A stretch of 64,000 bases of DNA from positions 17,958 to 81,957 of the forward strand of contig JBMCHT010000003.1 of NCBI GenBank assembly GCA_048617235.1, given 5' to 3'. The DNA comes from Patescibacteria group bacterium (GTDB taxonomy: Bacteria > Patescibacteriota > Minisyncoccia > Phycocordibacterales > XYD1-FULL-46-19). The position numbers and the translations under genes were made by a program. Of the stretch, positions 9,199-18,745 are shown piece by piece. Under the pieces are notes generated by a model that saw only the letters and a list, made by a program, of their open reading frames with translations, ran no database searches and was not told the DNA's origin. How positions within the stretch are numbered: position 1 is the stretch's first letter; the number at the start of each line of letters is the position of its first letter.

Positions 9199-9594
9199 CT
9201 ACTCAATTCTGATCTGATGCAAAATTTCCTTAATTTTAACCAAAGCTTGACCGGGCATAATCTCGGTTTTTAACCAGTAATCAATAGCTCCTTTTTTAAT
9301 ATACTTATCTTTAATTCCTTCTTCATATAAATTACTTAAAATAACCACCGGCACATCTTTGGTATCTTTGTCTTTTTTTAAAAACTTCAACACTTGACCG
9401 CCATCCATTTCGGCCATTACCAAATCCAAAAGGATAATATCCGGCTCTCCGGCTTTGGCAATAGCCAAACCGTCTTGACCATTGGTGGCTATCATTAAAT
9501 CCACCGAATCATCCAAATCAAAAAGAGTTTTATAAATATGAACTTGATCGGGATCATCTTCAATTAAAAGAACTCTATCTAATAGTTTTTGCAT
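9199..9594 (-). CDS. single-domain response regulator (receiver only)
   Basis: LLIEDD, PDIILLDLVM (phosphoacceptor Asp), VILSN, conserved Lys in YWLKT; no output domain. Confidence 0.93.
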   Translation of the reverse strand: MQKLLDRVLLIEDDPDQVHIYKTLFDLDDSVDLMIATNGQDGLAIAKAGEPDIILLDLVMAEMDGGQVLKFLKKDKDTKDVPVVILSNLYEEGIKDKYIKKGAIDYWLKTEIMPGQALVKIKEILHQIRIE

Positions 9595-9598
9595 AAAA

Positions 9599-11800
9599 TT
9601 ATTGTACCAAAGGAAAACTTAAAATGAAAATGGAGCCTTGACCGGCTTCGGATTCAAAACTAATTTGACCTCCCGGCTGGGCTTCGGTTATTTTTAAAAC
9701 TATAAACAAACCCAAACCCGAGCCATCGGTGTATAAATCAACCGCTTGGCGGCCACGAGCAAATTTTTTAAATATTTTATCTTGATCCTCAGCCGGAATC
9801 CCAATTCCGGTATCGCTAATTTTTATCATAACCCTACCCTTATCTTCTGTTAAATCAACCGTTACTTGACCGACCGGTGTGTAAATTAAGGCATTATCTA
9901 TAACATAAGCCAGGGCTTGTTTTAGATAATCGGCATGAGCTTTAATCTTTAACTCCTCAGACGGTTTATTAAATACCAATTCCAAATCCTTATCTTGAGC
10001 TTTAGTTGAGTTGGCTTTAACCACCTCGGCAACCAAATTAACTACATCAACTACTGCCAAGCGTTCCTCCCCCAAAGAAAAATGCCCGCTATCTATTTCT
10101 GAAGCTAATAAAATATCTCGAATTATCTGTTCCAATTTCCTGGATTTATAATAAATATTATCTATAAATTGTTTTTGTTTTTCCGGCGGTAGTTTGTCTA
10201 TACTACCTTCTTTAAACATAGAAATGGTTCCCAAGATAACCGAAACCGGGGTTCGTAATTGATGAGAAGCAATATTTAAAAATTCCGAACGCATTTTTAA
10301 CAATTTTTCCAGATGTTTTGTTTTAGCTCGTAATTCCGATGTTTGTTCATCCACCCTCTCCTGTAGGGTTTGATTAAACAATCTAATTTGCTCATATAAT
10401 AAGGAATTATCTATGGCAATACCGGCCGAAGCCGCCAAGGTTTGCAGCAACATAATATCTTCTTGAGAAAAAGGATTGCCGGAAGCTTTCTCACCCAAGA
10501 CCACCAAACCCACCAAGCGCGAACCGGAGATTAAAGGCATTAAACCGGCGGCGGGTATTTTCTCCAGATTATTTTTCCAAATTTCCGCAGATTGACTGCC
10601 GTCGGCTATATCTTGTTGGTAATTAATTAGCTCATCAGCTATCAATATTTGATTATGTTTTTCCAAAAATTCTCTTGCAACTTGAGTAAAAACCAATTGT
10701 TTAATATTTAAATCCTCAGCTTCAAAATTAAGTTGGAAAACTTGATGATCTTTATCCGCCTCTTTATTTAAAATTATTAAACCAGCTTTGGTTAAATCAA
10801 ATTCCCTATAAACAGTTTTAACGATTAAATCCGCTATTTGTTGTAAATCATTAAGATAATTTAATTCTCGAGCCAAACGATTAACGGATTCTTGAACCGA
10901 ATATAAAGAAACAAAAAAATATTTATTGGCCCAATCTTGAATCAGATTATAGAAATTATATAACAGGAAAACAAAAAACGGAGCCATTAACAAACCGGTT
11001 AAATAGGAAGCCGGAGTAAAAATTCCACCAAAAAAATAAATATAAAACCAAGCTATTAAATAAAAAAGGATATAAGTAAAAGCAGCCGCCAGAACATATA
11101 AATAAAGCCGTCTGAAGACGACTCTAATATCCATTAAACGGTAACGGAGGATGGCGTAGGCGACCGCCACAACATAAAAAGAAACCAAGATATTACCTAT
11201 AGGTAAAATTGGGATATCATACCAAAGAAAATAATTAGTCGAACCACCGGTAAAACCCACTATCATTCCCACTAATAAATATTTTATCTGACTTTTCACT
11301 ACTCCGGATAGCCGAGAATGATATTTGAATAAATAATAAGTGGCCAGCACGACATAGCCAAACCAAATAGGTAAAAAAATATTGAATAAGATCCCGGGCA
11401 CCGGCCAGAAATCAAACATTGCTCTGGAAGTAATTCCCGTAATAAAATGATTACTAAATAAATTTAAAACTAAAAACAGAAAAAATAAAAAATAACTACC
11501 CAATATAAAAAGTTTATAACTTTTGTTTATTTTTAATAAAACAAATACAAAATGTAAGTAAGCTACCGAGATAAAAATAGCCCAACTCATAAAAAATCTA
11601 GACCAAAACAAAGCAGTTTGAGCATCGGTTGACAATTGCCAGAAAAAATAACCCAGACTCCAACCGGCTATCAAAAAAGAAAACAAAGCAAAAGTTATAT
11701 ATAAAAGACGTTTAGGATTACGCAATAAAACAAAAAAACCCAAAACCAAACTGGTAATGAAATTTATTAAAGCTGATAAGGTGTAAAAAGTAAACAACAT
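9599..11800 (-). CDS. multi-TM sensor histidine kinase (HisKA_7TM-like N-terminus, GAF, HisKA, HATPase)
   Basis: About 9 TM segments in first 290 aa, GAF-like region ending AIDNSLLY, ASHQLRTP, DNALIYT, DTGIGI, GSGLGL. Confidence 0.93.
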   Translation of the reverse strand: MLFTFYTLSALINFITSLVLGFFVLLRNPKRLLYITFALFSFLIAGWSLGYFFWQLSTDAQTALFWSRFFMSWAIFISVAYLHFVFVLLKINKSYKLFILGSYFLFFLFLVLNLFSNHFITGITSRAMFDFWPVPGILFNIFLPIWFGYVVLATYYLFKYHSRLSGVVKSQIKYLLVGMIVGFTGGSTNYFLWYDIPILPIGNILVSFYVVAVAYAILRYRLMDIRVVFRRLYLYVLAAAFTYILFYLIAWFYIYFFGGIFTPASYLTGLLMAPFFVFLLYNFYNLIQDWANKYFFVSLYSVQESVNRLARELNYLNDLQQIADLIVKTVYREFDLTKAGLIILNKEADKDHQVFQLNFEAEDLNIKQLVFTQVAREFLEKHNQILIADELINYQQDIADGSQSAEIWKNNLEKIPAAGLMPLISGSRLVGLVVLGEKASGNPFSQEDIMLLQTLAASAGIAIDNSLLYEQIRLFNQTLQERVDEQTSELRAKTKHLEKLLKMRSEFLNIASHQLRTPVSVILGTISMFKEGSIDKLPPEKQKQFIDNIYYKSRKLEQIIRDILLASEIDSGHFSLGEERLAVVDVVNLVAEVVKANSTKAQDKDLELVFNKPSEELKIKAHADYLKQALAYVIDNALIYTPVGQVTVDLTEDKGRVMIKISDTGIGIPAEDQDKIFKKFARGRQAVDLYTDGSGLGLFIVLKITEAQPGGQISFESEAGQGSIFILSFPLVQ

Positions 11801-11806
11801 ACAAAA

Positions 11807-11840
11807 CCGGTGGAATGTTATTATTATAACACGCCACCGG
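11807..11840 (-). terminator. hairpin terminator of the methyltransferase gene containing an extended -10 for the kinase gene
   Basis: CCGGTGG-CG-TGTTA-TAATAA-TAACA-TT-CCACCGG then TTTTG; TGTTATAAT lies inside it, 22 nt before the kinase ATG. Confidence 0.55.
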
Positions 11841-11850
11841 CTGATGAAAA

Positions 11851-12786
11851 CTATTCAACCTGCCCCACAGCTACGCCGTGAATTTTGTGCGGTTCGTAAA
11901 CCAGTCGAACCGACACAAAACCGGATCGAAGGAGGATTCTCGCCAAACGATCCGGCCAACGATAAATCATCGGCCAGTCAATCACTTGGTACAAGAACCA
12001 TCGCTCACTGTTGGGAGCAATGTTGCAGGTCAGGAAAACTCCCCCCGGCGGCAAGGCCGAGTGAATTTGACTCAGCAGTTTCTCCGCCTTGTCATCAGGC
12101 AGATAATCCAGCAACCCCATCATCTCTACGATGTGAGGAGCGAATTCCCGACTGATTTCCAAGACATTGGAAACCGTCTCCCGGCGAACCTCCACTTGAG
12201 AGGAAACACCGGAATCTTGAGCCAACCCTTGAGCAAAGTCCAGGGCTGTCTGGTCACGATCAACCAACAGCACTCGAACCGTTACCCCTTTGGCTTTGAA
12301 ATCTGCCACCGTCTTAATGACCGACTCCGCCGACCCGCAAGCTAGTGAGAGAATCCGAATTTCCGATTCCCGTCGAAATCGATTGACTGCCTCCGCCAGC
12401 TCGGCACAAGCAATTTTGTATCGATTGCGAACCGCCTGGGCGTTTCGCATACCGATCCAAAAATCGTCAACCAAATTTCCTGAGAAATCGTGGTTATAGA
12501 TCAAGTGAAGCGCCCTCCAAGAAGCCGCTCCTTGACGGATGGCTAAAGTCTTTCGACCCCAGCCATCAAACCACGAAGAATTATAGATCGGGGAACCCCA
12601 ACCCATAACCCTATAGACAGTCTTCTTGAAGAAAGTCACCAGCGCCAACACCATCATCACCGGAGCCACCAGATGAAACCAGAGACTCTGTTCAAACTCC
12701 AACCGATCGATTGGTCGAAGTTTTTCTCTTTTGACTTCCCTCACCGAACAATTCGGTAAGGAAGCCATTTCTAATTTATAAGACAT
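11851..12786 (-). CDS. class I SAM-dependent methyltransferase, PhcB-like (start MSYKLEM)
   Basis: LIYN...AQAVRNR, ILSLACGSAE (motif I), LVDRDQTAL, GLLDYL, LPPGG, WPMIYR; GAGGAGG SD; own promoter TTGATT-N17-TATACT (12841-12869). Confidence 0.85.
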   Translation of the reverse strand: MSYKLEMASLPNCSVREVKREKLRPIDRLEFEQSLWFHLVAPVMMVLALVTFFKKTVYRVMGWGSPIYNSSWFDGWGRKTLAIRQGAASWRALHLIYNHDFSGNLVDDFWIGMRNAQAVRNRYKIACAELAEAVNRFRRESEIRILSLACGSAESVIKTVADFKAKGVTVRVLLVDRDQTALDFAQGLAQDSGVSSQVEVRRETVSNVLEISREFAPHIVEMMGLLDYLPDDKAEKLLSQIHSALPPGGVFLTCNIAPNSERWFLYQVIDWPMIYRWPDRLARILLRSGFVSVRLVYEPHKIHGVAVGQVE

Positions 12787-12878
12787 AGGAGTCCTCCTCT
12801 CAAGGTTGGTTTTTTGTTGACAAACACCTAGACCACTTGAAGTATAACACATATTAAAAAATAAATCAAACAAAAGAA

Positions 12879-12911
12879 AAAGCGTCTATTGGTTACCCCA
12901 ACAAACGCTTT
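12879..12911 (-). terminator. probable terminator after the FadL-like gene
   Basis: AAAGCGT...ACGCTTT inverted repeat with U-tract on minus strand. Confidence 0.55.
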
Positions 12912-12915
12912 GAAA

Positions 12916-14067
12916 TCAAAAACTGAAAGACATGCCGACAGTCAAAATTTCCGAAGAAAATTTTACCCTCGGATGCCCGGCTCGAACCGAACCTTGGCCA
13001 TAAGCGACAAAAATTGACCGCTCAAGCTTTGATCCAATTTTTGTCAACTGAAAAGCCAAATTCCAACCGGACATATCGGGAATCAGGGTACTGACTCGAT
13101 TATCCGGCACCGCTTGAGTCATGTAATTCCAACCCAGACTCATTCGCCAGTTATCGTTCAGCTCTGCCTTCATTCCCAAGTGATATGTCCGATTGTCTTT
13201 CCAGCCCAAAGGTAAACCAATGGCCGGCAAACGATTAAAATCCAATCGCAATTCTCGATTACGACCGGAATAACCGTAATGAGCCCAATCAGCCAACAGG
13301 ATTATCCGAGGAGATATTCGGTATTCCAGTCCTACCTGGAGCCTATCAGGAAAAGTGTATTGGCTGTCAAACCGATCACTTATCCCTAAAGGTAGATTGG
13401 TCCGACCGGACAAGTTGGCAGTTTGAGTTGAAGTGTAAGAAAGCCCCAATCTCCATTGTGAAGACATTTGGTATTGCAATCCCACTTGCCAACCCAAACC
13501 AAAACCGATAGCCCCACTCTCGGCTTTTAACGGCCACCTAATGCCGGCTAACTCCAGCGGTGCTTCATAGACAAGCTCAGCTTGTCCGACATGAACAGTC
13601 AAACCCAAGGCCAAGCGTTGACTGGCTTGCCAACCAAAGCCGATTGAAGCATTTACCAGAGATAATTCAGACCTGGTATTCATGAACCACTGTTCGGGAT
13701 TTCTATCAAATTCCGCTCCCAAACCGTAAGGAACACAAATACCACCGGCCAAAACTAACCTATCCGTTAGTGGTAAAACCCCGGAAACAAAAGGTAGATC
13801 ATACGGTTCTCCCCCGGACCGACGATTACCCTTTTGACCTCGGTAATGAAAACGAGCATCAACTCGTTCCCATCCAACCATTAAAGCTTTTGATTGAGCT
13901 CCGGCCCAAGCAGCCGGATTGTAGTAGTGACCACCGAAAGGATCAGCAGTCGCCACATAAGCGCCACTGGTACCGATAGCCGGTCCCACTCCGCCTACTC
14001 GATTAAGCCCGCCGGCTTCAGCTATCATCGGGAAGATAGCCAAAACCAAAACTATCAAGAATCTCAC
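12916..14067 (-). CDS. FadL/OmpP1-family outer-membrane beta-barrel (long-chain fatty acid or hydrophobic compound channel)
   Basis: Sec signal peptide (MRFLIVLVLAIFPMIAEA), GAYVATAD...YYNPAA hatch motif, PYGLG, alternating beta-strand pattern, W-K-D and IPD motifs near the C-terminus, terminal Phe (GMSFSF). Confidence 0.85.
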   Translation of the reverse strand: MRFLIVLVLAIFPMIAEAGGLNRVGGVGPAIGTSGAYVATADPFGGHYYNPAAWAGAQSKALMVGWERVDARFHYRGQKGNRRSGGEPYDLPFVSGVLPLTDRLVLAGGICVPYGLGAEFDRNPEQWFMNTRSELSLVNASIGFGWQASQRLALGLTVHVGQAELVYEAPLELAGIRWPLKAESGAIGFGLGWQVGLQYQMSSQWRLGLSYTSTQTANLSGRTNLPLGISDRFDSQYTFPDRLQVGLEYRISPRIILLADWAHYGYSGRNRELRLDFNRLPAIGLPLGWKDNRTYHLGMKAELNDNWRMSLGWNYMTQAVPDNRVSTLIPDMSGWNLAFQLTKIGSKLERSIFVAYGQGSVRAGHPRVKFSSEILTVGMSFSF

Positions 14068-14144
14068 CTGACTCTCCTTTTTTGTTAAGTACCTATACCT
14101 TTTTTGTTATACAAAAGATTTACACATTTCACAACCTAAAAATC

Positions 14145-14735
14145 CTAGGCCTCATCCACCCCAAAACGTTTGTAGTTATAAATCGGGCTATCACCAAACC
14201 ATAATTTTATTTCATGTTCAGCTTCTTCCGGAGTTTCGGAAGCATGAACCAAATTCATAACCGCTCTTTTTTCTTTATTGGCCAACAAAGGTGAGTCAGC
14301 TGAAAAATCTCCGCGAATAGTTCCCATATCCGCCTGATAAGGCAAAGTCGGTCCAGCAATCTTTCGAACCATGTCTATGGCGTGAATACCTTGAATCACC
14401 ATTCTAACCATCGGAGCCGAGGTCATATAATCAACAATCCAAGTTCTAACCTCTTTACCTATTTCCGAAGGATCAGCGGTGCCAATTTCTTTTTCAGGAT
14501 CATAGCCGTATTTTTCGTAAGTACCCAAAGTTTTCTCTCCCAAACGAGCAATCCACTTTTCAGACTTAGGATAATGATTATCTATTTGTTCATAAGTCGG
14601 TTGAAACATTTCCAAAGCCACAATTTTTAAATCTCGCTGTTCTATTCTTTTTATTATCTCTCCCACCAAACCTTTACGAACACCATCGGGCTTAACCATT
14701 AAAAATGTTTTTTCTTCTTTAGGATTATATGACAT
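14145..14735 (-). CDS. ndk: nucleoside diphosphate kinase (with internal insertion)
   Basis: EKTFLMVKPDGV, GTIRGDF, NLVHASE (catalytic His). Confidence 0.95.
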   Translation of the reverse strand: MSYNPKEEKTFLMVKPDGVRKGLVGEIIKRIEQRDLKIVALEMFQPTYEQIDNHYPKSEKWIARLGEKTLGTYEKYGYDPEKEIGTADPSEIGKEVRTWIVDYMTSAPMVRMVIQGIHAIDMVRKIAGPTLPYQADMGTIRGDFSADSPLLANKEKRAVMNLVHASETPEEAEHEIKLWFGDSPIYNYKRFGVDEA

Positions 14736-14767
14736 AAGCAATTAAAAACTTAAATAGTAATTTAAAA

Positions 14768-15538
14768 TTATTCTGGAGCAGTTAGAATTAAAGGACCGTC
14801 TTCGGTTATAGCGATTGTATGTTCAAAATGTGCGCTTATACTACCATCTGCCGTTAAAAAAGTAAAATCATCATCAGCTAATTTTATTTGATCGGTTCCT
14901 AAACTAATCATCGGCTCTAAAGCCAAAACCAAACCCGGTTTTAAAACAGGACCGGTGCCGGCTCGGCCGTAATTAGGGACTAAAGGTCCTTCATGAACTT
15001 CAAAACCGACTCCGTGACCGGCTAAATCTCTGATTAACCCATAACCCTTCGGTAAAACAAAATCGGCTATAGATTGTCCAATACTACCTATGGTAGCTCC
15101 GGCTACAGCTGAGTTTATGCCACGTTTAAGAGCCCCTTTGGTATCTTGCACCAATTGTTTAGTTTTGTTATCACAATCGGGCATACAAACGGTTATGGCA
15201 TGATCTGTATATAAATTTTCATAAACCAAACCCATATCCAAAGTGACCACATCATCAGAGGTAATCACTGTTTCGGTCGGTAAACCATGAACTATTTCTT
15301 CATTTAAAGAAATACAAACCGCTGCCGGATACGGTCGGGAAGCACCGGTTGGCTTATAACCCAAAAAAGCCGGCCGACCACCTTCAGCCTCCGCCCACTG
15401 TCTGGCCCAGATATCTAATTGTTTAGTCGGCAAACCCGGCTCCACTTTTTCAATCAATTTATTTAAAATGCGAGCCAGTTTTATCCCTCCTTGACGTAAT
15501 TTGACTATATCCGCTTCGGTTTTTAATCTAATAGACAT
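14768..15538 (-). CDS. map: methionine aminopeptidase type I
   Basis: CISLNEEIVHG, LDMG, TDHA, GHGVG, HE, LEPM, SAHFEHT. Confidence 0.97.
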   Translation of the reverse strand: MSIRLKTEADIVKLRQGGIKLARILNKLIEKVEPGLPTKQLDIWARQWAEAEGGRPAFLGYKPTGASRPYPAAVCISLNEEIVHGLPTETVITSDDVVTLDMGLVYENLYTDHAITVCMPDCDNKTKQLVQDTKGALKRGINSAVAGATIGSIGQSIADFVLPKGYGLIRDLAGHGVGFEVHEGPLVPNYGRAGTGPVLKPGLVLALEPMISLGTDQIKLADDDFTFLTADGSISAHFEHTIAITEDGPLILTAPE

Positions 15539-15543
15539 TAAAA

Positions 15544-16179
15544 CTATCCCTGCTTATCTTCTCCCCTGATATAATCCCATAAAAGCTCATGAATGGCTTC
15601 CGGCGATAATTCTCCGTCAATTTCAATATAAGTATATAAATCTTCATCATAATATCTTTCAATTACCGGAGCCACATCAGAATCAAACCAATCCAAACGA
15701 CTATTAATTAATTCGGCTTGACGATCATCAGCTCGACCACGATCGGTTAAACGTTTAACCGATTCTTCCCGGGAAACTTGTAAATTTATTACCGCTACCC
15801 GAGTATGACCATAAAAAAGCAAAGCCGTTTCCAAGGCCAAAGCTTCCGGTAAAGATCGAGGCGTTCCATCAAATAATAACCAATCAGCTGAAGATTTAAC
15901 CTGATCTATTAAAAATTGAGCCCAAGTCCAAACAGCTAAAAAAGCCGGCAATCTTTTACCTTCGGCCATCAATTGCTTAGCCTGATTACCGGAAAAAGAA
16001 TCGTCTTCAATAAATTTTCTTAAACGTTGACCGGTTTCCACATACAAAATATCTTTATCAAAGGTTTTTTGGAGTCTTTGGCTCAACATTTTAGCCTGAG
16101 TTCCTTTACCGCAACCGGAACGGCCAATAAAAATATAAACAGTTGGTAAATTACTTGACTCGGATTCTGCTGACGACAT
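15544..16179 (-). CDS. adk: adenylate/NMP kinase, short-lid type
   Basis: GRSGCGKGTQA, FDGTPR, RGRADD; follows secY. Confidence 0.85.
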   Translation of the reverse strand: MSSAESESSNLPTVYIFIGRSGCGKGTQAKMLSQRLQKTFDKDILYVETGQRLRKFIEDDSFSGNQAKQLMAEGKRLPAFLAVWTWAQFLIDQVKSSADWLLFDGTPRSLPEALALETALLFYGHTRVAVINLQVSREESVKRLTDRGRADDRQAELINSRLDWFDSDVAPVIERYYDEDLYTYIEIDGELSPEAIHELLWDYIRGEDKQG

Positions 16180-16209
16180 AAATTTTTATTTTAAATTAAT
16201 TTTAAATTA

Positions 16210-16410
16210 CTACCAAAAGAAAACAGCAATCACAACAGCTAAACCAAAGGCCAAAAAAGAAAAGACAAACATCAATACATTAGCTTTATGTTCACCGTCT
16301 ATCAAACCACCGGATATTTTAACTAACCAACCGGCCAAACCGGTAGTAGATTTGGGTGGTCTAACTAATTTTTCTTCTTCTTCGGATTCAAAAATAACTT
16401 CATTGGACAT
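16210..16410 (-). CDS. small C-terminally anchored membrane protein
   Basis: Fills secY-adk gap; C-terminal hydrophobic helix; start likely MSNEV. Confidence 0.6.
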   Translation of the reverse strand: MSNEVIFESEEEEKLVRPPKSTTGLAGWLVKISGGLIDGEHKANVLMFVFSFLAFGLAVVIAVFFW

Positions 16411-16457
16411 AAAGTCATTATACAAATTATCTAAACCAGCAACAAGTTAAATATATT

Positions 16458-17726
16458 TTAATACTCTCGCATGGTAATCTGAGCATCGATTTTTTTCACT
16501 AAATCCAAGGTTACAGACACCACAATCAATAATCCGGTTCCTCCTAAAGCCAAAGCGGTTTGACCGGTAACCGATTGCATAATAAATGGTAGAACGGCAA
16601 TAAAACCCAAAAAGACAGCCCCAATAAAAGTTAAACGAGCTACAATACCGGCTATATAGTTAGCAGTGGTTTGACCGGGACGGATTCCCGGTACATAAGC
16701 TCCGCTTTTTTGTAAATTGGTAGCCACTTTATTGGGCTCAAAAGTAATAGCCGAATAAAAGAAAGTAAAAGCAAAAACCAAAGCAAAATAGAAAGCCCCA
16801 TAAAGCCACATATTATTAACAAACATTTCCAGCCACATTACTACTGTTTGAGCCACAGAACTAGAGGCCTCCCCCAATAAATTAACCAACATTTGAGGAA
16901 ATAATAAAATAGATAAAGCGAAAATTATTGGCATTACTCCGGCATTATTAAGTCTAATCGGCAAATAAGTGGCAATACCGGCAGCTGATCTTTGCCCTCT
17001 GATACTTCTAGAATAAGTAATAGGGATAGGTCTTTCGGCTTCAGTTACAGCCACCACTCCGCCAACAATCGCCACCGCCGCTACCGTAAAGCCAAGATAT
17101 ATAGGTAATTGAGCCGGATCAAAAGTGATAATTACTTGATAAATAGTACTGGGTAAAGAAGCTACAATACCGGCAAAAATTAAAATAGAAACACCATTAC
17201 CTATACCGTATTGCGAAATTTGTTCTCCCAACCACATTAACAATATGGAGCCGGCGGCCACAATAATCACACTGGAGATTAATTGCCAACCGACTAAATC
17301 CGGTAAAAAACCTTCTCTCTGCAAAAGAACCAATAAACCGACCGCTTGCAATATAGCCAAGGGAACTGTTAATAACCTAGAATATTGATTAAATTTTTGG
17401 CGACCTGCTTCACCTTCTTCATGATACATCTCCTTCATTCGCGATGACACCACAGTCGATAGTTGCATAATAATGGCAGCGGTAATAAAAGGTCCCACCC
17501 CCAACATCATAATAGACAAATTGGATAAACCGCCACCGGAAAAAATATTCAACAAACCGAAGAATTGATTATCTAAAATATTAACCAAGACCGCCCTATC
17601 CACTCCCGGAATGGGAATAGTGGCTCCTACTCGAAATAAAGTTAAAATTCCAACAATAAACAATAAACGGTTACGCAAGCCGGAATCTCTTCCAATCATT
17701 TTTAATTTTAAAAACAAAGCTGACAT
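16458..17726 (-). CDS. secY: preprotein translocase subunit SecY
   Basis: IPIPG, LNIFSGG, LGVGPFITAAII, GIGNGVS, AGVMPIIFA, PGIRPG, GGTGLLIVV. Confidence 0.99.
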   Translation of the reverse strand: MSALFLKLKMIGRDSGLRNRLLFIVGILTLFRVGATIPIPGVDRAVLVNILDNQFFGLLNIFSGGGLSNLSIMMLGVGPFITAAIIMQLSTVVSSRMKEMYHEEGEAGRQKFNQYSRLLTVPLAILQAVGLLVLLQREGFLPDLVGWQLISSVIIVAAGSILLMWLGEQISQYGIGNGVSILIFAGIVASLPSTIYQVIITFDPAQLPIYLGFTVAAVAIVGGVVAVTEAERPIPITYSRSIRGQRSAAGIATYLPIRLNNAGVMPIIFALSILLFPQMLVNLLGEASSSVAQTVVMWLEMFVNNMWLYGAFYFALVFAFTFFYSAITFEPNKVATNLQKSGAYVPGIRPGQTTANYIAGIVARLTFIGAVFLGFIAVLPFIMQSVTGQTALALGGTGLLIVVSVTLDLVKKIDAQITMREY

Positions 17727-17730
17727 AATT

Positions 17731-18165
17731 TTATAGTTTAATTTCTCCACCGGCTTTTTCTATCACCTGACGAGCTGTATCCGATAATAAACAATTGGAA
17801 ACCACTACTGAATGACCCAGATGGCCTTTACCTAAGATTTTAACCACCGGTAAAACACCGGAACGCTTTCTAATTAAACCGGCTCGAAATAGGGTTTTAG
17901 GACTAACCTGTTCTCCAGCTTTAAAGGTTTTATTAATCTCCGATAAATTAATCGGAGTAGCAGTAAGTCGATGACTAGAAAATTTATAACCACGGTGTTT
18001 AGGTAATTTTTTAATCGTATCCCTCATTTCCGGTCTAATTTTTCGACCGGCTCTGGCTTTTTGTCCTTTCATTCCCTTACCGGATGTTTTACCACGAGTA
18101 CCACCTCGGCCTATTTGCCTGGAAACAGCTCTTTTAGTGTTACGTTTTATTTGATGAATTTGCAT
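17731..18165 (-). CDS. rplO: 50S ribosomal protein L15
   Basis: GRGGTRGKTSGKGMKGQKAR, VKILGKG, IEKAGG. Confidence 0.97.
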   Translation of the reverse strand: MQIHQIKRNTKRAVSRQIGRGGTRGKTSGKGMKGQKARAGRKIRPEMRDTIKKLPKHRGYKFSSHRLTATPINLSEINKTFKAGEQVSPKTLFRAGLIRKRSGVLPVVKILGKGHLGHSVVVSNCLLSDTARQVIEKAGGEIKL

Positions 18166-18202
18166 AAGACTGAAATTTTATCTTTAAATAAGAATAATGA
18201 AT

Positions 18203-18730
18203 CTATTTCTCTACCACTTTATTATTTTCTTTAAATTCAGACAAGGCCAAAATTGCCACTTGAGCATTATTAAGTTTGTTTTTGGTTCGTGAAATAAACT
18301 TACCATTGACATCATTAATACCGGCCAAATGTAAAACCGTTCTCAAAGAACTACCGGCAATCAAACCCCGACCGGCTGCCGGCTGTAAATAAACTTTGGA
18401 AGATTTAAATTTAGCCGAGACTTCATGAGGAATAGAACGATCTTCTGTTAATTTAAGTTTGATCACATTTTTTTGAGCTTTGGTAATAGCTTTGGCAATA
18501 GCTGCCGCTGTATCTCCGGCTTTACCAACTCCCACTCCCACTCGGCCTCGTTTATCTCCCACTATAACGGTAGCTGAAAAACTAAAACGACGACCACCGG
18601 CCATCACTCTGGTGACTCGACGAATATCTACCACCTGATGATCAAATTCAGATTTTTCCATCTGGCGACGACCGGTCTGCCGACGTCCGGTTTTATTTAT
18701 TTTTGTTTTTTCAGCTGTTTGTGTAGACAT
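18203..18730 (-). CDS. rpsE: 30S ribosomal protein S5
   Basis: RRVTRVMAGGRRFSF, GRVGVGVGKA. Confidence 0.98.
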   Translation of the reverse strand: MSTQTAEKTKINKTGRRQTGRRQMEKSEFDHQVVDIRRVTRVMAGGRRFSFSATVIVGDKRGRVGVGVGKAGDTAAAIAKAITKAQKNVIKLKLTEDRSIPHEVSAKFKSSKVYLQPAAGRGLIAGSSLRTVLHLAGINDVNGKFISRTKNKLNNAQVAILALSEFKENNKVVEK

Positions 18731-18745
18731 AAATATTTAAATTAT

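Noticed and set aside
11844-14088. Plus-strand ORFs opposite the methyltransferase and FadL-like genes
   Set aside because: Antisense shadows with no motifs or SD.
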